This document shows positions 28,091-36,733 of a stretch of DNA of 64,000 nucleotides, piece after piece. The stretch is from Acidobacteriota bacterium (GTDB lineage Bacteria; Acidobacteriota; Blastocatellia; Pyrinomonadales; Pyrinomonadaceae). Both the position numbers and the translations under genes were made by a program. The stretch's first letter is position 1, and every line of letters begins with the position of its first letter. The stretch spans positions 81 to 64,080 of the forward strand of contig JAJPKD010000147.1 of NCBI GenBank assembly GCA_021323895.1, read 5' to 3'. The notes beneath the pieces are model-generated. The model saw only the letters and a list, made by a program, of their open reading frames with translations, made no database searches and was not told where the DNA came from.

Positions 28091-30226
28091 ATGCGAGCAA
28101 AATCAACACTTACCGCATTCTTCGCGTTAGCACTTTTCAGTTTTGTTGCCATTCAACCAACGAGCGGGCAACGACTCCCTGTGAGACCCCATCCTCAAGT
28201 TCCGGACGGCCCGCCAAAGAGTGAACAGGCGCGACCTCAGGCGCCGACGAGCTTATTGGAGATTGCCAGCGGCTCCAAACGTAGTATTGCTCAATCGAAC
28301 GGGCATGGCCCGAGTCGCAGAGGATTTGTTGATGGCACTGAGGGCTTGAAGCGACTTCAGGAAAAACGAGGCGAGCGGCTCAGCCTGCAAGCAATGCAAA
28401 ACACAATTCCTTTCTGGTCGGACAGCTTCACTTATCAGGGACTCGAATTTAAGTACAAGATGGTCGGCACCGATCCGAAAAACGGCTCACGAACGACCGT
28501 CATCCCCACTGTGATCATTCCCCTCAGATTCGTGTTTCCGGACGGGCACGTTTTCGATGCGAGCACCGACATCGTTGATGGGCAGACACCGATTCAGGGC
28601 ATCATCAATTCACCGATTTTCCAAAACTATCATTTCATACTGGGCGGAACTGATGTTGGGAACACTCAATACGGCGACGCTTTCCAGCGTGCCAATTTTT
28701 GGGACTCGGTCTCGACGCGGGGCAGGAACTATCACGTTCTGCTGGGCCAGCCGACGGTGCTGCCGACGCAGACGATAATTGTTCCCGCGGGCATGGGCAC
28801 TTATTATTACGACCCATTTGTGGGAGACACACTCCCACTGGTGAACGAGAATTTTCTCAATTCGCAAGAATACTCAATCCGCGCCTCGCTAAACCTGTCG
28901 CCGCGGTCACTGGCGATTACGGTGTGGGGTTCGGTGTTGGGTGAGGACCCATCATTTCCTGGCTTTCCTGCAGCGGGCGGATGGCACGGCGCACAATCGT
29001 CGAATGGCGGAGTCCTTGCCTACATAGGCACAAGTTATTTCCCTGATTTGGAGATTGATCCCCGGGGAGACGACATCTATTCCTTGAGTCACGAAATAGC
29101 CGAATGGATGGATGATCCGTTCATCGATAACTTCACGCCCGGATGGAACATCCCGTTTATTGAACCACGAGAACGATGCGATAGCGGTTGGATTATCCGG
29201 GGCTTACTTGAAGTTGGTGATCCGGTTGCGTTTTTCACGGACGCTGTCGTAGCGCTTCCAAGCTCAGGCTTCACTTATCACGTGACCGAAGCAATGTTCA
29301 TTGACTTCTTTACGAGATCCGCCCGTTCGCGTTCAGTCAACGGGCAATACAGCATGTTCACGATGGGCGCGCCTTTCGGATTACCAAGCGAGCCGTCAAC
29401 TCAATGCATCGGCAGCGTTCAAGCAGCGGAACAGTATATCGATTTTCCGGGTTCAATCAGGACGGAGGCGCGAGGAATTAATAACCATAACGAGGTGGTC
29501 GGCTTCTACGTCGATCAACGACCGAGTTATCGCGGGTTCGTATGGGCGAATGGCTCGTTTAGCGCGCTTGATTTTCCGGGCGCGATTGGGACCGTGCCGT
29601 CAAAAATAAACGACTCTGGCGAGGTTGTCGGATACTTCTTTGATACAAGCGGTACACCGCACGGATTTTCCTACACAAAGGGACGATGGACTCGCATAGA
29701 TTTTCCTGGCTCAGCGGATTCGCTTGCGTTAGGAATAAATTCGGCGGGAGACATTGTGGGCGAGTTCGATCACAATCAACCCATTACTCATGGGTTCGTT
29801 CTGCGTAACGGACAATTTGCCAAAGTCGATACGCCGTTCGGCGAACAGTCATCATTAAGGGGGATCAATGATGCCGGGACTCTGGCGGGGTACACGTGGA
29901 GCGACCCTTTCAATGGTCCGTACTTTGGAGTGCTTAGCCGCAATAACGAGTTCTCGCTCATCAATATGCCCGGCGCCACGTTTACCCTTCCCAACTCCGT
30001 AAACAATGGCAGCCTGGTCACCGGCACATTCATCAATGGCAACGAGAACTACGCGTCCGGTTTTGTTCGCCTGTTCGGCTATCTCCACGAAGTGAATGCC
30101 GGTCTCTCCGTCACTTACGTCTCCGACGGGAACGACCATAATCGGATCGTAGGAAGAGCATTCGACTTCAGTCGGAGCCGCTGGGTCGGATACATCGGCG
30201 ATTTACCAATAACAAAATCACGATAA
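28091..30226 (+). CDS. secreted protein with C-terminal HAF-like repeat (beta-propeller-like) region
   Basis: 711 aa. It has a signal peptide. The C-terminal half repeats G(I)N..G..VG.......HGF......F..LD.PG about 5-6 times. The N-terminal half is unassigned. Confidence 0.6.
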   Translation: MRAKSTLTAFFALALFSFVAIQPTSGQRLPVRPHPQVPDGPPKSEQARPQAPTSLLEIASGSKRSIAQSNGHGPSRRGFVDGTEGLKRLQEKRGERLSLQAMQNTIPFWSDSFTYQGLEFKYKMVGTDPKNGSRTTVIPTVIIPLRFVFPDGHVFDASTDIVDGQTPIQGIINSPIFQNYHFILGGTDVGNTQYGDAFQRANFWDSVSTRGRNYHVLLGQPTVLPTQTIIVPAGMGTYYYDPFVGDTLPLVNENFLNSQEYSIRASLNLSPRSLAITVWGSVLGEDPSFPGFPAAGGWHGAQSSNGGVLAYIGTSYFPDLEIDPRGDDIYSLSHEIAEWMDDPFIDNFTPGWNIPFIEPRERCDSGWIIRGLLEVGDPVAFFTDAVVALPSSGFTYHVTEAMFIDFFTRSARSRSVNGQYSMFTMGAPFGLPSEPSTQCIGSVQAAEQYIDFPGSIRTEARGINNHNEVVGFYVDQRPSYRGFVWANGSFSALDFPGAIGTVPSKINDSGEVVGYFFDTSGTPHGFSYTKGRWTRIDFPGSADSLALGINSAGDIVGEFDHNQPITHGFVLRNGQFAKVDTPFGEQSSLRGINDAGTLAGYTWSDPFNGPYFGVLSRNNEFSLINMPGATFTLPNSVNNGSLVTGTFINGNENYASGFVRLFGYLHEVNAGLSVTYVSDGNDHNRIVGRAFDFSRSRWVGYIGDLPITKSR

Positions 30227-30551
30227 CGGAGGTTAACCAGCTGGACCTGCAACAATCGAAAGCGACCAACAAACGTCCGGTCAACATGAATTTTGAGGAA
30301 GGAAGAACCCCTTAGACTAGTGGCCTTCCCCCGTCGCGCAGTTTGAGTTCTTAGCCCAGTTCTTCGAGTGATGACCACCCGCCACCTGAACGCATGATCC
30401 GAACTCAGATTGTGACGAGGGAGGTTTGACGTTCAGGTGCACCGGGAATTCCCAAATACTTCCGCGAAACTTTCACGCGCGAAACGAAGACCAACTCAGT
30501 TGGGCGATTTTGGTTGTAAGCAGGCAGCTACCAATAAACTATTGTGAAGGT

Positions 30552-30637
30552 TGGTGCCGAGGGCGGGAGTCAAACCCGCACCCTCTTACGAGAAACGAAT
30601 TTTAAGAGCGTTGTCGAGGGGCAACACTTAGTCGGGC
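30552..30637 (-). pseudogene. degenerate tRNA-Leu(UAA)-like remnant; only the 3' half is tRNA-like
   Basis: The reverse complement ends ...CTCTTAAAATTCGT...GCGGGTTTGACTCCCGCCCTCGGCACCA. The acceptor 3' strand and CTTAAAA loop are shared with the intact tRNA at 61814-61899. The 5' half cannot pair (3 of 7 acceptor positions mismatch), and the T-loop reads TTTGA instead of TTCGA. Confidence 0.55.
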
Positions 30638-30806
30638 GAAACGATATGAGCCAGTATTTACGCGCCTCGCGGTCGTAAAAAGATCCCTAGGTTTGGCTTC
30701 ACATGAACCTCGTGCAAACGCTCTTGTTTCATCTCGGTCGCAAACGGTCACAAATTGCATGGTCGGAATGTTTCTTCCCGGCTGCGCCGTCAATTCCATG
30801 GGCTTA

Positions 30807-31115
30807 CTAATTGTCCTTCATCGTCTCAGGGGATTTCATACTGTCTGACTTCGTCATATTCGGCTTCTTCATCGAGTCTTTCTTCATCATCATGTTCCGC
30901 TTATGCATCATGCGGCGATGACGCCGGCGCATTCGATGGCGGCGCATCATGCGATTGCTCTTCATGTTGCTTTTCATCATGCTGGGCGACTTCATTTGAT
31001 CGCTCGACATGTTGCCGTTCATGTTGTTGTTTTGGGCGCTGGCGCTGGCGGCCGTAAAGCTCAAGCACGCCAGCAACGCCATCACCATCAGTACACTTCG
31101 TTTGATTTTCTTCAT
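30807..31115 (-). CDS. secreted methionine/lysine/arginine-rich small protein (MrpX-like by composition)
   Basis: I chose the ATG at 31115 because GGAGG lies 5 nt upstream. The signal peptide is MKKIKRSVLMVMALLACLSFTAASASA. By my count the predicted mature region of about 75 aa contains 18 Met, plus many Lys, Arg, Asn, Ser and His. Confidence 0.65.
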   Translation of the reverse strand: MKKIKRSVLMVMALLACLSFTAASASAQNNNMNGNMSSDQMKSPSMMKSNMKSNRMMRRHRMRRRHRRMMHKRNMMMKKDSMKKPNMTKSDSMKSPETMKDN

Positions 31116-31176
31116 TCGTTCCTCCATATCACTCGTTAGTTTGAAACTTCTTCGAGTCAGGTCTCCACGTCACGCC

Positions 31177-31205
31177 TGTAATTTGTAGGCCGCTCAGACG
31201 ACTAA
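31177..31205 (+). promoter_or_regulatory. promoter-like motif TGTAATT-N15-CGACTAA (variant copy)
   Basis: It lies in the divergent intergenic region, 142 nt upstream of the ECF sigma start at 31347. It has the same spacing and -10-like box as the four TGTAAGG copies. Confidence 0.4.
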
Positions 31206-31346
31206 TACCCGGTTGAGGTCTGTTTATTCCCGAAACAGAAAATTCGGAAGTGATATTGTTCCGTGAAGCTGGAATAAAACCGCCGCTGATTGGTATTTAC
31301 CCAGTGGTAGGGAAATCGGGAGGATAAGCGTCAGCGGTCCGACTTA

Positions 31347-31964
31347 ATGTTCAGGCTTTCCCGAGAAAAGAGACGGCTGGAAGACTGGGCTTCGTTCGAA
31401 AGCGAAGCTCTGCCTTTCCATGTCGATCTCTATCGTTTGGCCAAGTGGCTGCTGTGGGATCAGAGCGAGGCGGAGGACTTGGTGCAGGAAACTTTTGTGG
31501 CGGCGCTCAAATCGTTCCACCGCTACGAAAAGGGAACGAACTGCCGCGCCTGGCTGATCAAGATCATGTATCGCACCCTGAGCAAGCGCCGTCGGACTTC
31601 TGATCGCCTCCGCGTTGTAAGCGATGCGGATGAGCCGATTGAAGACAGAGTCGCCGCGCTGCCTGCGAGATCGTCGGATGCGATTGCAGAAGAAGTTCTG
31701 AATGCCCTCAAGCGCCTGCCGCGGCATTACCAGGAAGTGGTGATCCTGTCGGACGTTGAAGACATGACTTACAAAGAAATTGCCGAAGCGTTGTCGATTC
31801 CCACCGGAACAGTGATGTCGCGCCTCCATCGCGGGCGGAGTTTGCTGCGAGGAGAGTTGGCGAATTATGCCCGTTCGTATGGCATTGGCGTCGTGAAAGA
31901 AAGCGGTGAGTCGAAATTAAGATTGGCGGACGCGGCCGAAGGAGGGAAATCAAATGCACTGTGA
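31347..31964 (+). CDS. ECF sigma factor
   Basis: 205 aa. Region 2 is AEDLVQETFVAALKSFHRYEKGTNCRAWLIKIMYRT and region 4 is VILSDVEDMTYKEIAEALSIPTGTVMSRLHRGRSLL. It overlaps the downstream anti-sigma gene by 11 nt. Confidence 0.85.
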   Translation: MFRLSREKRRLEDWASFESEALPFHVDLYRLAKWLLWDQSEAEDLVQETFVAALKSFHRYEKGTNCRAWLIKIMYRTLSKRRRTSDRLRVVSDADEPIEDRVAALPARSSDAIAEEVLNALKRLPRHYQEVVILSDVEDMTYKEIAEALSIPTGTVMSRLHRGRSLLRGELANYARSYGIGVVKESGESKLRLADAAEGGKSNAL

Positions 31965-32817
31965 TGATTTCCGGGTAATCGCCGATTCGTATCTCAGCGA
32001 CGAATTGCTGATTGAAACGAACCACGACGTGATTCGTCACCTGGATTCGTGCGCCAATTGTCGATTTGAGTTGGCTGGACGCCGCCAACTGCGTCATCGG
32101 TTGAAGATCCAATTCAATGAGTCTGCCGCCTTGCGGATCCGTGAAGGATTTGCCGCCGGCCTCAAGTTGCAGTTGCGCGATCAAGCTTTGGGCCGTCCCA
32201 GAATCGCGATCCCGCGGTTTGCCTACGTGGGAGTTGCCGCGTCCATTTTGATAGCAGTCGCCGTTGGAATCCTGGGGTTGCAGAGTTTGCGCAACAGCCG
32301 CAGGGAACTGCTTGCGTGGACGAATTTGACTGAGAGCGCGATTGGCGATCATCGCGAGTGCGCGGTGGAACACAGGCTGGCACCGACGATTATCAGCCTC
32401 GACGAAGCGGGGCGAACCTACGATCGCGCGTTTGCAAATTTGGCGAGCGCCGTCTCATCGGAAGGCGTTTTGCCCGCGGGCGCGCAACTGTTGGACGCTC
32501 ATTCTTGTATGTTTCAGGGCAAGCGATTCGCGCACTTCGTCGTGAAGTACCATGACCAGATTGCTTCGGTGCTGGTTGCCAAAGTTGACGCGCCAAACAG
32601 TCGCGCGCCCAGACCTGAACCCGGCCAACTCGTGAAAGGCTTCGACGCGAATTCCTATCGCATCGCATTTTTTCAGACATCGAAGCACGCGGGCTTTGTC
32701 GTCTCGGGAATGAACGAAGCTGACAATCTGGCGATTGCGCGAAGCGTCGCGCCCGCGCTCGAGAAACAGATCCGGCGCGCCGAAGAAAACGTTGAAGCGC
32801 GCGCCTTCAAGTGGTAA
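31954..32817 (+). CDS. zf-HC2 (ZAS) anti-sigma factor, single TM, extracytoplasmic C-terminal domain
   Basis: 287 aa. The N-terminus has the H-x3-C-x2-C motif (RHLDSCANC). A TM helix ([18 protein letters not shown]) is followed by a domain of about 180 aa. Confidence 0.75.
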   Translation: MHCDDFRVIADSYLSDELLIETNHDVIRHLDSCANCRFELAGRRQLRHRLKIQFNESAALRIREGFAAGLKLQLRDQALGRPRIAIPRFAYVGVAASILIAVAVGILGLQSLRNSRRELLAWTNLTESAIGDHRECAVEHRLAPTIISLDEAGRTYDRAFANLASAVSSEGVLPAGAQLLDAHSCMFQGKRFAHFVVKYHDQIASVLVAKVDAPNSRAPRPEPGQLVKGFDANSYRIAFFQTSKHAGFVVSGMNEADNLAIARSVAPALEKQIRRAEENVEARAFKW

Positions 32818-32830
32818 GAAAGGGAAATCA

Positions 32831-33868
32831 ATGCATCGACAAAACATCATTGCTGCAGTCATGCTGATCGTAATTGGCGTCGCCGTTGTTGCGACGGGAT
32901 ACGCGAAAGGCTGGGGGCCGTTAGGCGTTTTGAATGTCGGTATGTCGCGGATTGTTAATGGCGCAGACGCCGGAGTAGTCATTCCCATGACAAATGAAAC
33001 GAAAGCGGCGGTTGCGCCTGAGCTAATGGGCGGTACCTGGATTAATTCCGATCCGCTAACTTTGAAGAGTCTTCGTGGACGCGTCGTGGTAGTCGATTTC
33101 TGGACGTTCGGTTGTTACAACTGCCGGAACACTTTGCCATCAGTCAAGAGTTGGGATGCGCGCTATCGCGACAAGGGTCTGACAATCATCGGAGTGCACA
33201 CGCCAGAGCTGCAGTCTGAGCGCAACCTCGACAACGTGCGTCGCGAAGTCGCCGAACTCGGCATAAAATATCCAGTCGTTACAGATAACGACAATGCCAT
33301 CTGGAATGCGTACGGTGTTGAGGCGTGGCCCACCTGGTTTGTCGTTGACAAGCAGGGTCGCGTGCGCGGGATGCACGTGGGCGAAGGCGCCTATGACGAG
33401 ACCGAACAACTGATTAAGAAATTGTTGGCTGAGGGCGATAACCAGCAGCAGTCAGAGAAGGAAACTATGACAGACAAGGTAGAAAAGACCGACGCACAAT
33501 GGCAGAAAGAATTAACTCCAGATCAGTTCTATGTTTTGCGGCAAGCTGGAACCGAGCGCGCTTTCACCGGCGCGCTTTGGGATAATCACGAGCACGGCAT
33601 TTACTACTGCGCGGCTTGCGGACTCGCCCTGTTCAAGTCGGAAACGAAATTTGATTCCGGAACTGGTTGGCCTAGTTTTTACGCGCCGATCTCAAAAGCA
33701 AACATTATCGAGGACAGCGATCGCAGCCTGGGCATGGTGCGCACGGAAGTGCGGTGTCATCGGTGCGGCTCGCATCTCGGACACGTTTTCGATGACGGAC
33801 CGCAACCGACCGGATTGCGCTATTGTATGAACTCAGTTGCGTTGAAGTTTGAGAAGACCGAAGAGTAA
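32831..33868 (+). CDS. msrB: membrane-anchored thioredoxin-like (TlpA/ResA-type) domain fused to methionine-R-sulfoxide reductase MsrB
   Basis: I chose the ATG at 32831, after AAGAAAGGGAAA. The protein has a TM anchor, the Trx motif WTFGCYNC, and an MsrB domain with Zn CxxC pairs ([17 protein letters not shown]) and the catalytic GLRYCMNS. The track ORF starts earlier, at 32735, inside the anti-sigma gene. Confidence 0.85.
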   Translation: MHRQNIIAAVMLIVIGVAVVATGYAKGWGPLGVLNVGMSRIVNGADAGVVIPMTNETKAAVAPELMGGTWINSDPLTLKSLRGRVVVVDFWTFGCYNCRNTLPSVKSWDARYRDKGLTIIGVHTPELQSERNLDNVRREVAELGIKYPVVTDNDNAIWNAYGVEAWPTWFVVDKQGRVRGMHVGEGAYDETEQLIKKLLAEGDNQQQSEKETMTDKVEKTDAQWQKELTPDQFYVLRQAGTERAFTGALWDNHEHGIYYCAACGLALFKSETKFDSGTGWPSFYAPISKANIIEDSDRSLGMVRTEVRCHRCGSHLGHVFDDGPQPTGLRYCMNSVALKFEKTEE

Positions 33869-33957
33869 GCGCGCGTCCGTCAGAACCAGGAGCGGTAGCG
33901 GCCGGATCGGGAATTCACAGCCGCGTCAACGAACTCTTCGCGACTGCCAACTCGAAA

Positions 33958-34137
33958 TCACCTCACGGCAAAGAAATAGATCACGCCGGCAGCCACAATC
34001 AAAGAAACCGCAATTAGCACTCCCGCGACCACTCGCTCGATCATCGTTTCGGCTTCCACGTTCATCGCGCAGCGAGGACAGCCGCGCGCCTCCGCGTCAA
34101 GCAGATAACCACAATCCCGACAGGGCTTTTCGTTCAT
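33958..34137 (-). CDS. small zinc-ribbon plus TM protein (59 aa)
   Basis: Hand translation gives MNEKPCRDCGYLLDAEARGCPRCAMNVEAETMIERVVAGVLIAVSLIVAAGVIYFFAVR. It has two CxxC pairs and one TM helix. It falls below the 60-aa cut-off of the ORF track. Confidence 0.4.
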   Translation of the reverse strand: MNEKPCRDCGYLLDAEARGCPRCAMNVEAETMIERVVAGVLIAVSLIVAAGVIYFFAVR

Positions 34138-34222
34138 CGCTTTCTTGTCGCCTTCAGGTGCTGAAGGCGATTTTTCCTTTTGCTGCGAAACCCAACCTGA
34201 ACTAATCTAGAGGAGACTCAAA

Positions 34223-34825
34223 ATGAGCCAGGCTCAACTCAAGCCCGACGCGCCGTCGCCTGATCCGGGCCGATGGCTTGACGAACACGGCGACTATCTT
34301 TTCAAGTACGCGAGTTTTCGACTGCGTGACGATAACGCCGCTGAAGATGCAGTGCAAGAGACTTTTCTAGCCGCTCTGAAAGCCTACGAAAAATTTGAAG
34401 GGCGAGGATCGGAGCGCACGTGGCTGGTCGGAATTCTCAAGCACAAGATCATTGACCACATTCGGAAAGCGCAGCGCGAAGCTCCGATCGGTGAGGACGT
34501 CGACGAAGGTCCTGATCATGGTGAGTTTTTCGAAAGAACTGATCAATGAACAGGCCATTGGGACGCGAACCACGCGCCCACGGATTGGCACGCGACGCCG
34601 GCCGAGTTGATCGAGCGTAGCGATTTTTGGGTGGTCTTCAACGATTGTCTGTCGCCGCTACCGCAGCGGACCGCCAGCGCCTTTACGCTGCGTGAAGTGG
34701 ACGGCCTGAAGAGCGAAGAGATTTGCGAGATTCTGAGTATTAGCGTAAACAACCTTTGGGTGATGCTGCATCGCGCGCGCTTGCACCTGCGAAATTGTTT
34801 GGAGATGAACTGGTTCAAGCGTTAG
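34223..34825 (+). pseudogene. ECF sigma factor interrupted by a single in-frame TGA (34547-34549)
   Basis: Region 2 (34223-34546: AEDAVQETFLAALKAYEKF...TWLVGILKHKIIDHIRK) and region 4 (…FTLREVDGLKSEEICEILSISVNNLWVMLHRARLHLRNCL) lie in the same reading frame. Only one TGA separates them (…FFERTDQ*TGHWDANHAP…). Confidence 0.7.
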
Positions 34826-34829
34826 GCGA

Positions 34830-34850
34830 AGCCCGACCGTGAGGGAGGGC
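34830..34850 (+). repeat. family B repeat unit (AGCCCGACCGTNAGGGAGGGC)
   Basis: agcccgaccgtgagggagggc lies 8 nt upstream of the ATG at 34859. It matches 39280-39300 and 50903-50923 except at the N position. Confidence 0.75.
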
Positions 34851-34858
34851 ACAAAAAC

Positions 34859-35173
34859 ATGGCGTTGAAAGCGTACGAGAAACTAAAGCATGCGATCCGG
34901 TATTGGCTTTTGCGGAAGCTGCCCACCTGTCAGCAAACCGTCGAGAAGATCTCACAATCAATGGAGCGCAAGCTGACGCTGCGCGAGCGGATCGATGTCA
35001 AACTTCATCTCTGGATCTGCGCGTGGTGCCAGTGGTATCTGGAACACCTGCAAATCATTCGCGAGACAGCGCGCGCGAAAGGCGCTGAATCTTCCGATCT
35101 TGAATCCGTGAGCCCGTCACTCTCTGCCGACGCCCGCGAACGAATCAGGCGGAAACTCGCCGGCGAGAGTTAG
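34859..35173 (+). CDS. small zf-HC2 (ZAS-motif) putative anti-sigma factor
   Basis: 104 aa. It carries H-x3-C-x2-C (LHLWICAWC) and sits directly downstream of the sigma gene. It is a paralog of 36734-37042. Confidence 0.6.
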   Translation: MALKAYEKLKHAIRYWLLRKLPTCQQTVEKISQSMERKLTLRERIDVKLHLWICAWCQWYLEHLQIIRETARAKGAESSDLESVSPSLSADARERIRRKLAGES

Positions 35174-35180
35174 ACCTACC

Positions 35181-35209
35181 TGTAAGGTTCTTCCCAACAC
35201 TCCGACAAA
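35181..35209 (+). promoter_or_regulatory. promoter-like motif TGTAAGG-N15-CGACAAA
   Basis: It lies between the anti-sigma stop (35173) and the S8 peptidase gene. Confidence 0.45.
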
Positions 35210-35281
35210 TTCATGAAGGGAGCAGTTTGCTCTGTTCGTGGCTCGGCCGCCGCGACCCGGGCGGGCCGTCGTGCCGCTTTT

Positions 35282-36724
35282 ATGAATTCTGCGACTCACA
35301 ATCATGGGCACGCGCCGAATCGGTTTGCGGTCATACCGACCAGCATCAGGCTGAATGCTGATCCGCAGTACAACGGGAAAGGAGTAACGATCGCGTTTCT
35401 TGATTCGGGCTTCTATCCGCATCCTGATCTCATCGAGCCAACTAATCGAATCATTGCCTATCATGATTTGACGAGGGAGCGCCCGTCGCTCGATCCGCAA
35501 GATCCGTCCGAGTCATGGCAATGGCACGGCACGCAGACTTCAGTGGCGGCGGCCGGCAACGGACATTTGTGTGACGGAGTCTATCAAGGCCTGGCTCATG
35601 AATCGCAACTCGTGCTCGTCAAAGTCAGTGAAAAAGGTCGCATTACCGAAGAAAACATTGCCCGCGGCATCAGATGGATTATCAAGAACCGTGAGCGCTA
35701 CAACATTCGCGTGCTGAATATTTCCCTGGGCGGTGATGAAGATGTTCCGTGCAGCAGAAGCATCATTGATCAGGCTGCCGAAGAAGCGATTCAAAACGGA
35801 ATTGTAGTGGTGGTGGCTGCCGGTAATTCCGGCGACAGGCACTCGATTCCGCCGGCGAATTCACCGTCGGTAATCACCGTCGGTGGCTACCATGACAACA
35901 ATCAAGTCGAGGGGAACGGATTAGATCTCTACCATTCCAATTTCGGTATTACGGCTGATGGGACGGTTAAGCCGGAGGTCATTGCGCCCGCGATGTGGGT
36001 GGCAGCGCCGATTCTTCCCGGTACTTCGCTTTACGCACGCGCCGAAGCCTTGTCGCAGCTTTCATCGGCGCCCGATTATGCGCTTTCGAGTCTTGCCCAT
36101 GAGCTGGAAGACAAAGCCGAACTACCGGAAGACTTACTCTCAGCAGAGGCTGACGCCATTCGCGGATTTGTTGACAATGCCCTGAAGCAATTGAAGATCG
36201 TCGCAACCCATTACCAGCATGTTGATGGAACCTCGTTCGCGTCACCGATTGTTTCTTCGATCGTGGCACAGATGATCGAAGCCAATCCGAAGCTGACGCC
36301 CGGCGCGGTAAAAAATATTCTGATTTCGACTGCTGATCGAATCTCAAACGCGCCCGCCATTCGCCAGGGTTACGGCGTCGTAAACGCCCGACGCGCGGTT
36401 GAGCTGGCTAAAAGCGAGCAGCATGCTCTGAATACCGTTGGTTGCAGTCCGCCGCGCGTTTCAGACGGTCACGTCGTTTTCGTTTATCACGACGACAACG
36501 CGCACAGCGTGGCATTGGCTGGTGATTTCAATGGCTGGTCCCAGCCTCTTGCATTGCGTCGAAATCCAGAAGGACTTTGGATGACGGAAATAAAGACGCC
36601 GAAGGCAGGTCGCTATCAATACAAGTTCGTCGTGGACGGAAACCGCTGGACTGAAGACCCGAGCAACGGTATGAAAACGGCGGATAATCACGGCGGCCTG
36701 AACTCGGTCCTCGTGATCGAATGA
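35282..36724 (+). CDS. S8 (subtilisin) family serine peptidase with C-terminal CBM48/AMPK-beta-like glycogen-binding (E-set) domain; no signal peptide seen
   Basis: The catalytic triad contexts are IAFLDSGF (Asp), HGTQTSVAAAG (His) and GTSFASP (Ser). The C-terminus is VVFVYHDDNAHSVALAGDFNGWSQ...YQYKFVVDGNRWTEDP. I chose the ATG at 35282 because the promoter-like motif at 35181-35209 abuts the track start at 35213. Confidence 0.8.
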   Translation: MNSATHNHGHAPNRFAVIPTSIRLNADPQYNGKGVTIAFLDSGFYPHPDLIEPTNRIIAYHDLTRERPSLDPQDPSESWQWHGTQTSVAAAGNGHLCDGVYQGLAHESQLVLVKVSEKGRITEENIARGIRWIIKNRERYNIRVLNISLGGDEDVPCSRSIIDQAAEEAIQNGIVVVVAAGNSGDRHSIPPANSPSVITVGGYHDNNQVEGNGLDLYHSNFGITADGTVKPEVIAPAMWVAAPILPGTSLYARAEALSQLSSAPDYALSSLAHELEDKAELPEDLLSAEADAIRGFVDNALKQLKIVATHYQHVDGTSFASPIVSSIVAQMIEANPKLTPGAVKNILISTADRISNAPAIRQGYGVVNARRAVELAKSEQHALNTVGCSPPRVSDGHVVFVYHDDNAHSVALAGDFNGWSQPLALRRNPEGLWMTEIKTPKAGRYQYKFVVDGNRWTEDPSNGMKTADNHGGLNSVLVIE

Positions 36725-36733
36725 GAAGAAGTT

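Noticed and set aside
30552-30637. This could be a second functional tRNA-Leu gene.
   Set aside because: The 5' half cannot form an acceptor stem or D-arm, and the T-loop carries TTTGA in place of TTCGA. I treated it as a remnant or pseudo-tRNA.
33849-34205. A 118-aa plus-strand ORF after msrB.
   Set aside because: It is extremely Arg/Ser/Pro-rich, has no RBS and overlaps the msrB stop. The opposite strand holds a more plausible small zinc-ribbon/TM ORF.
34547-34549. The in-frame TGA in the ECF sigma gene could encode selenocysteine.
   Set aside because: The position lies in a non-conserved linker where no redox-active Cys is expected. I see no convincing SECIS-like hairpin immediately downstream, and no selenoprotein machinery is visible in the window. 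A nonsense mutation, a sequencing error or read-through is more parsimonious.
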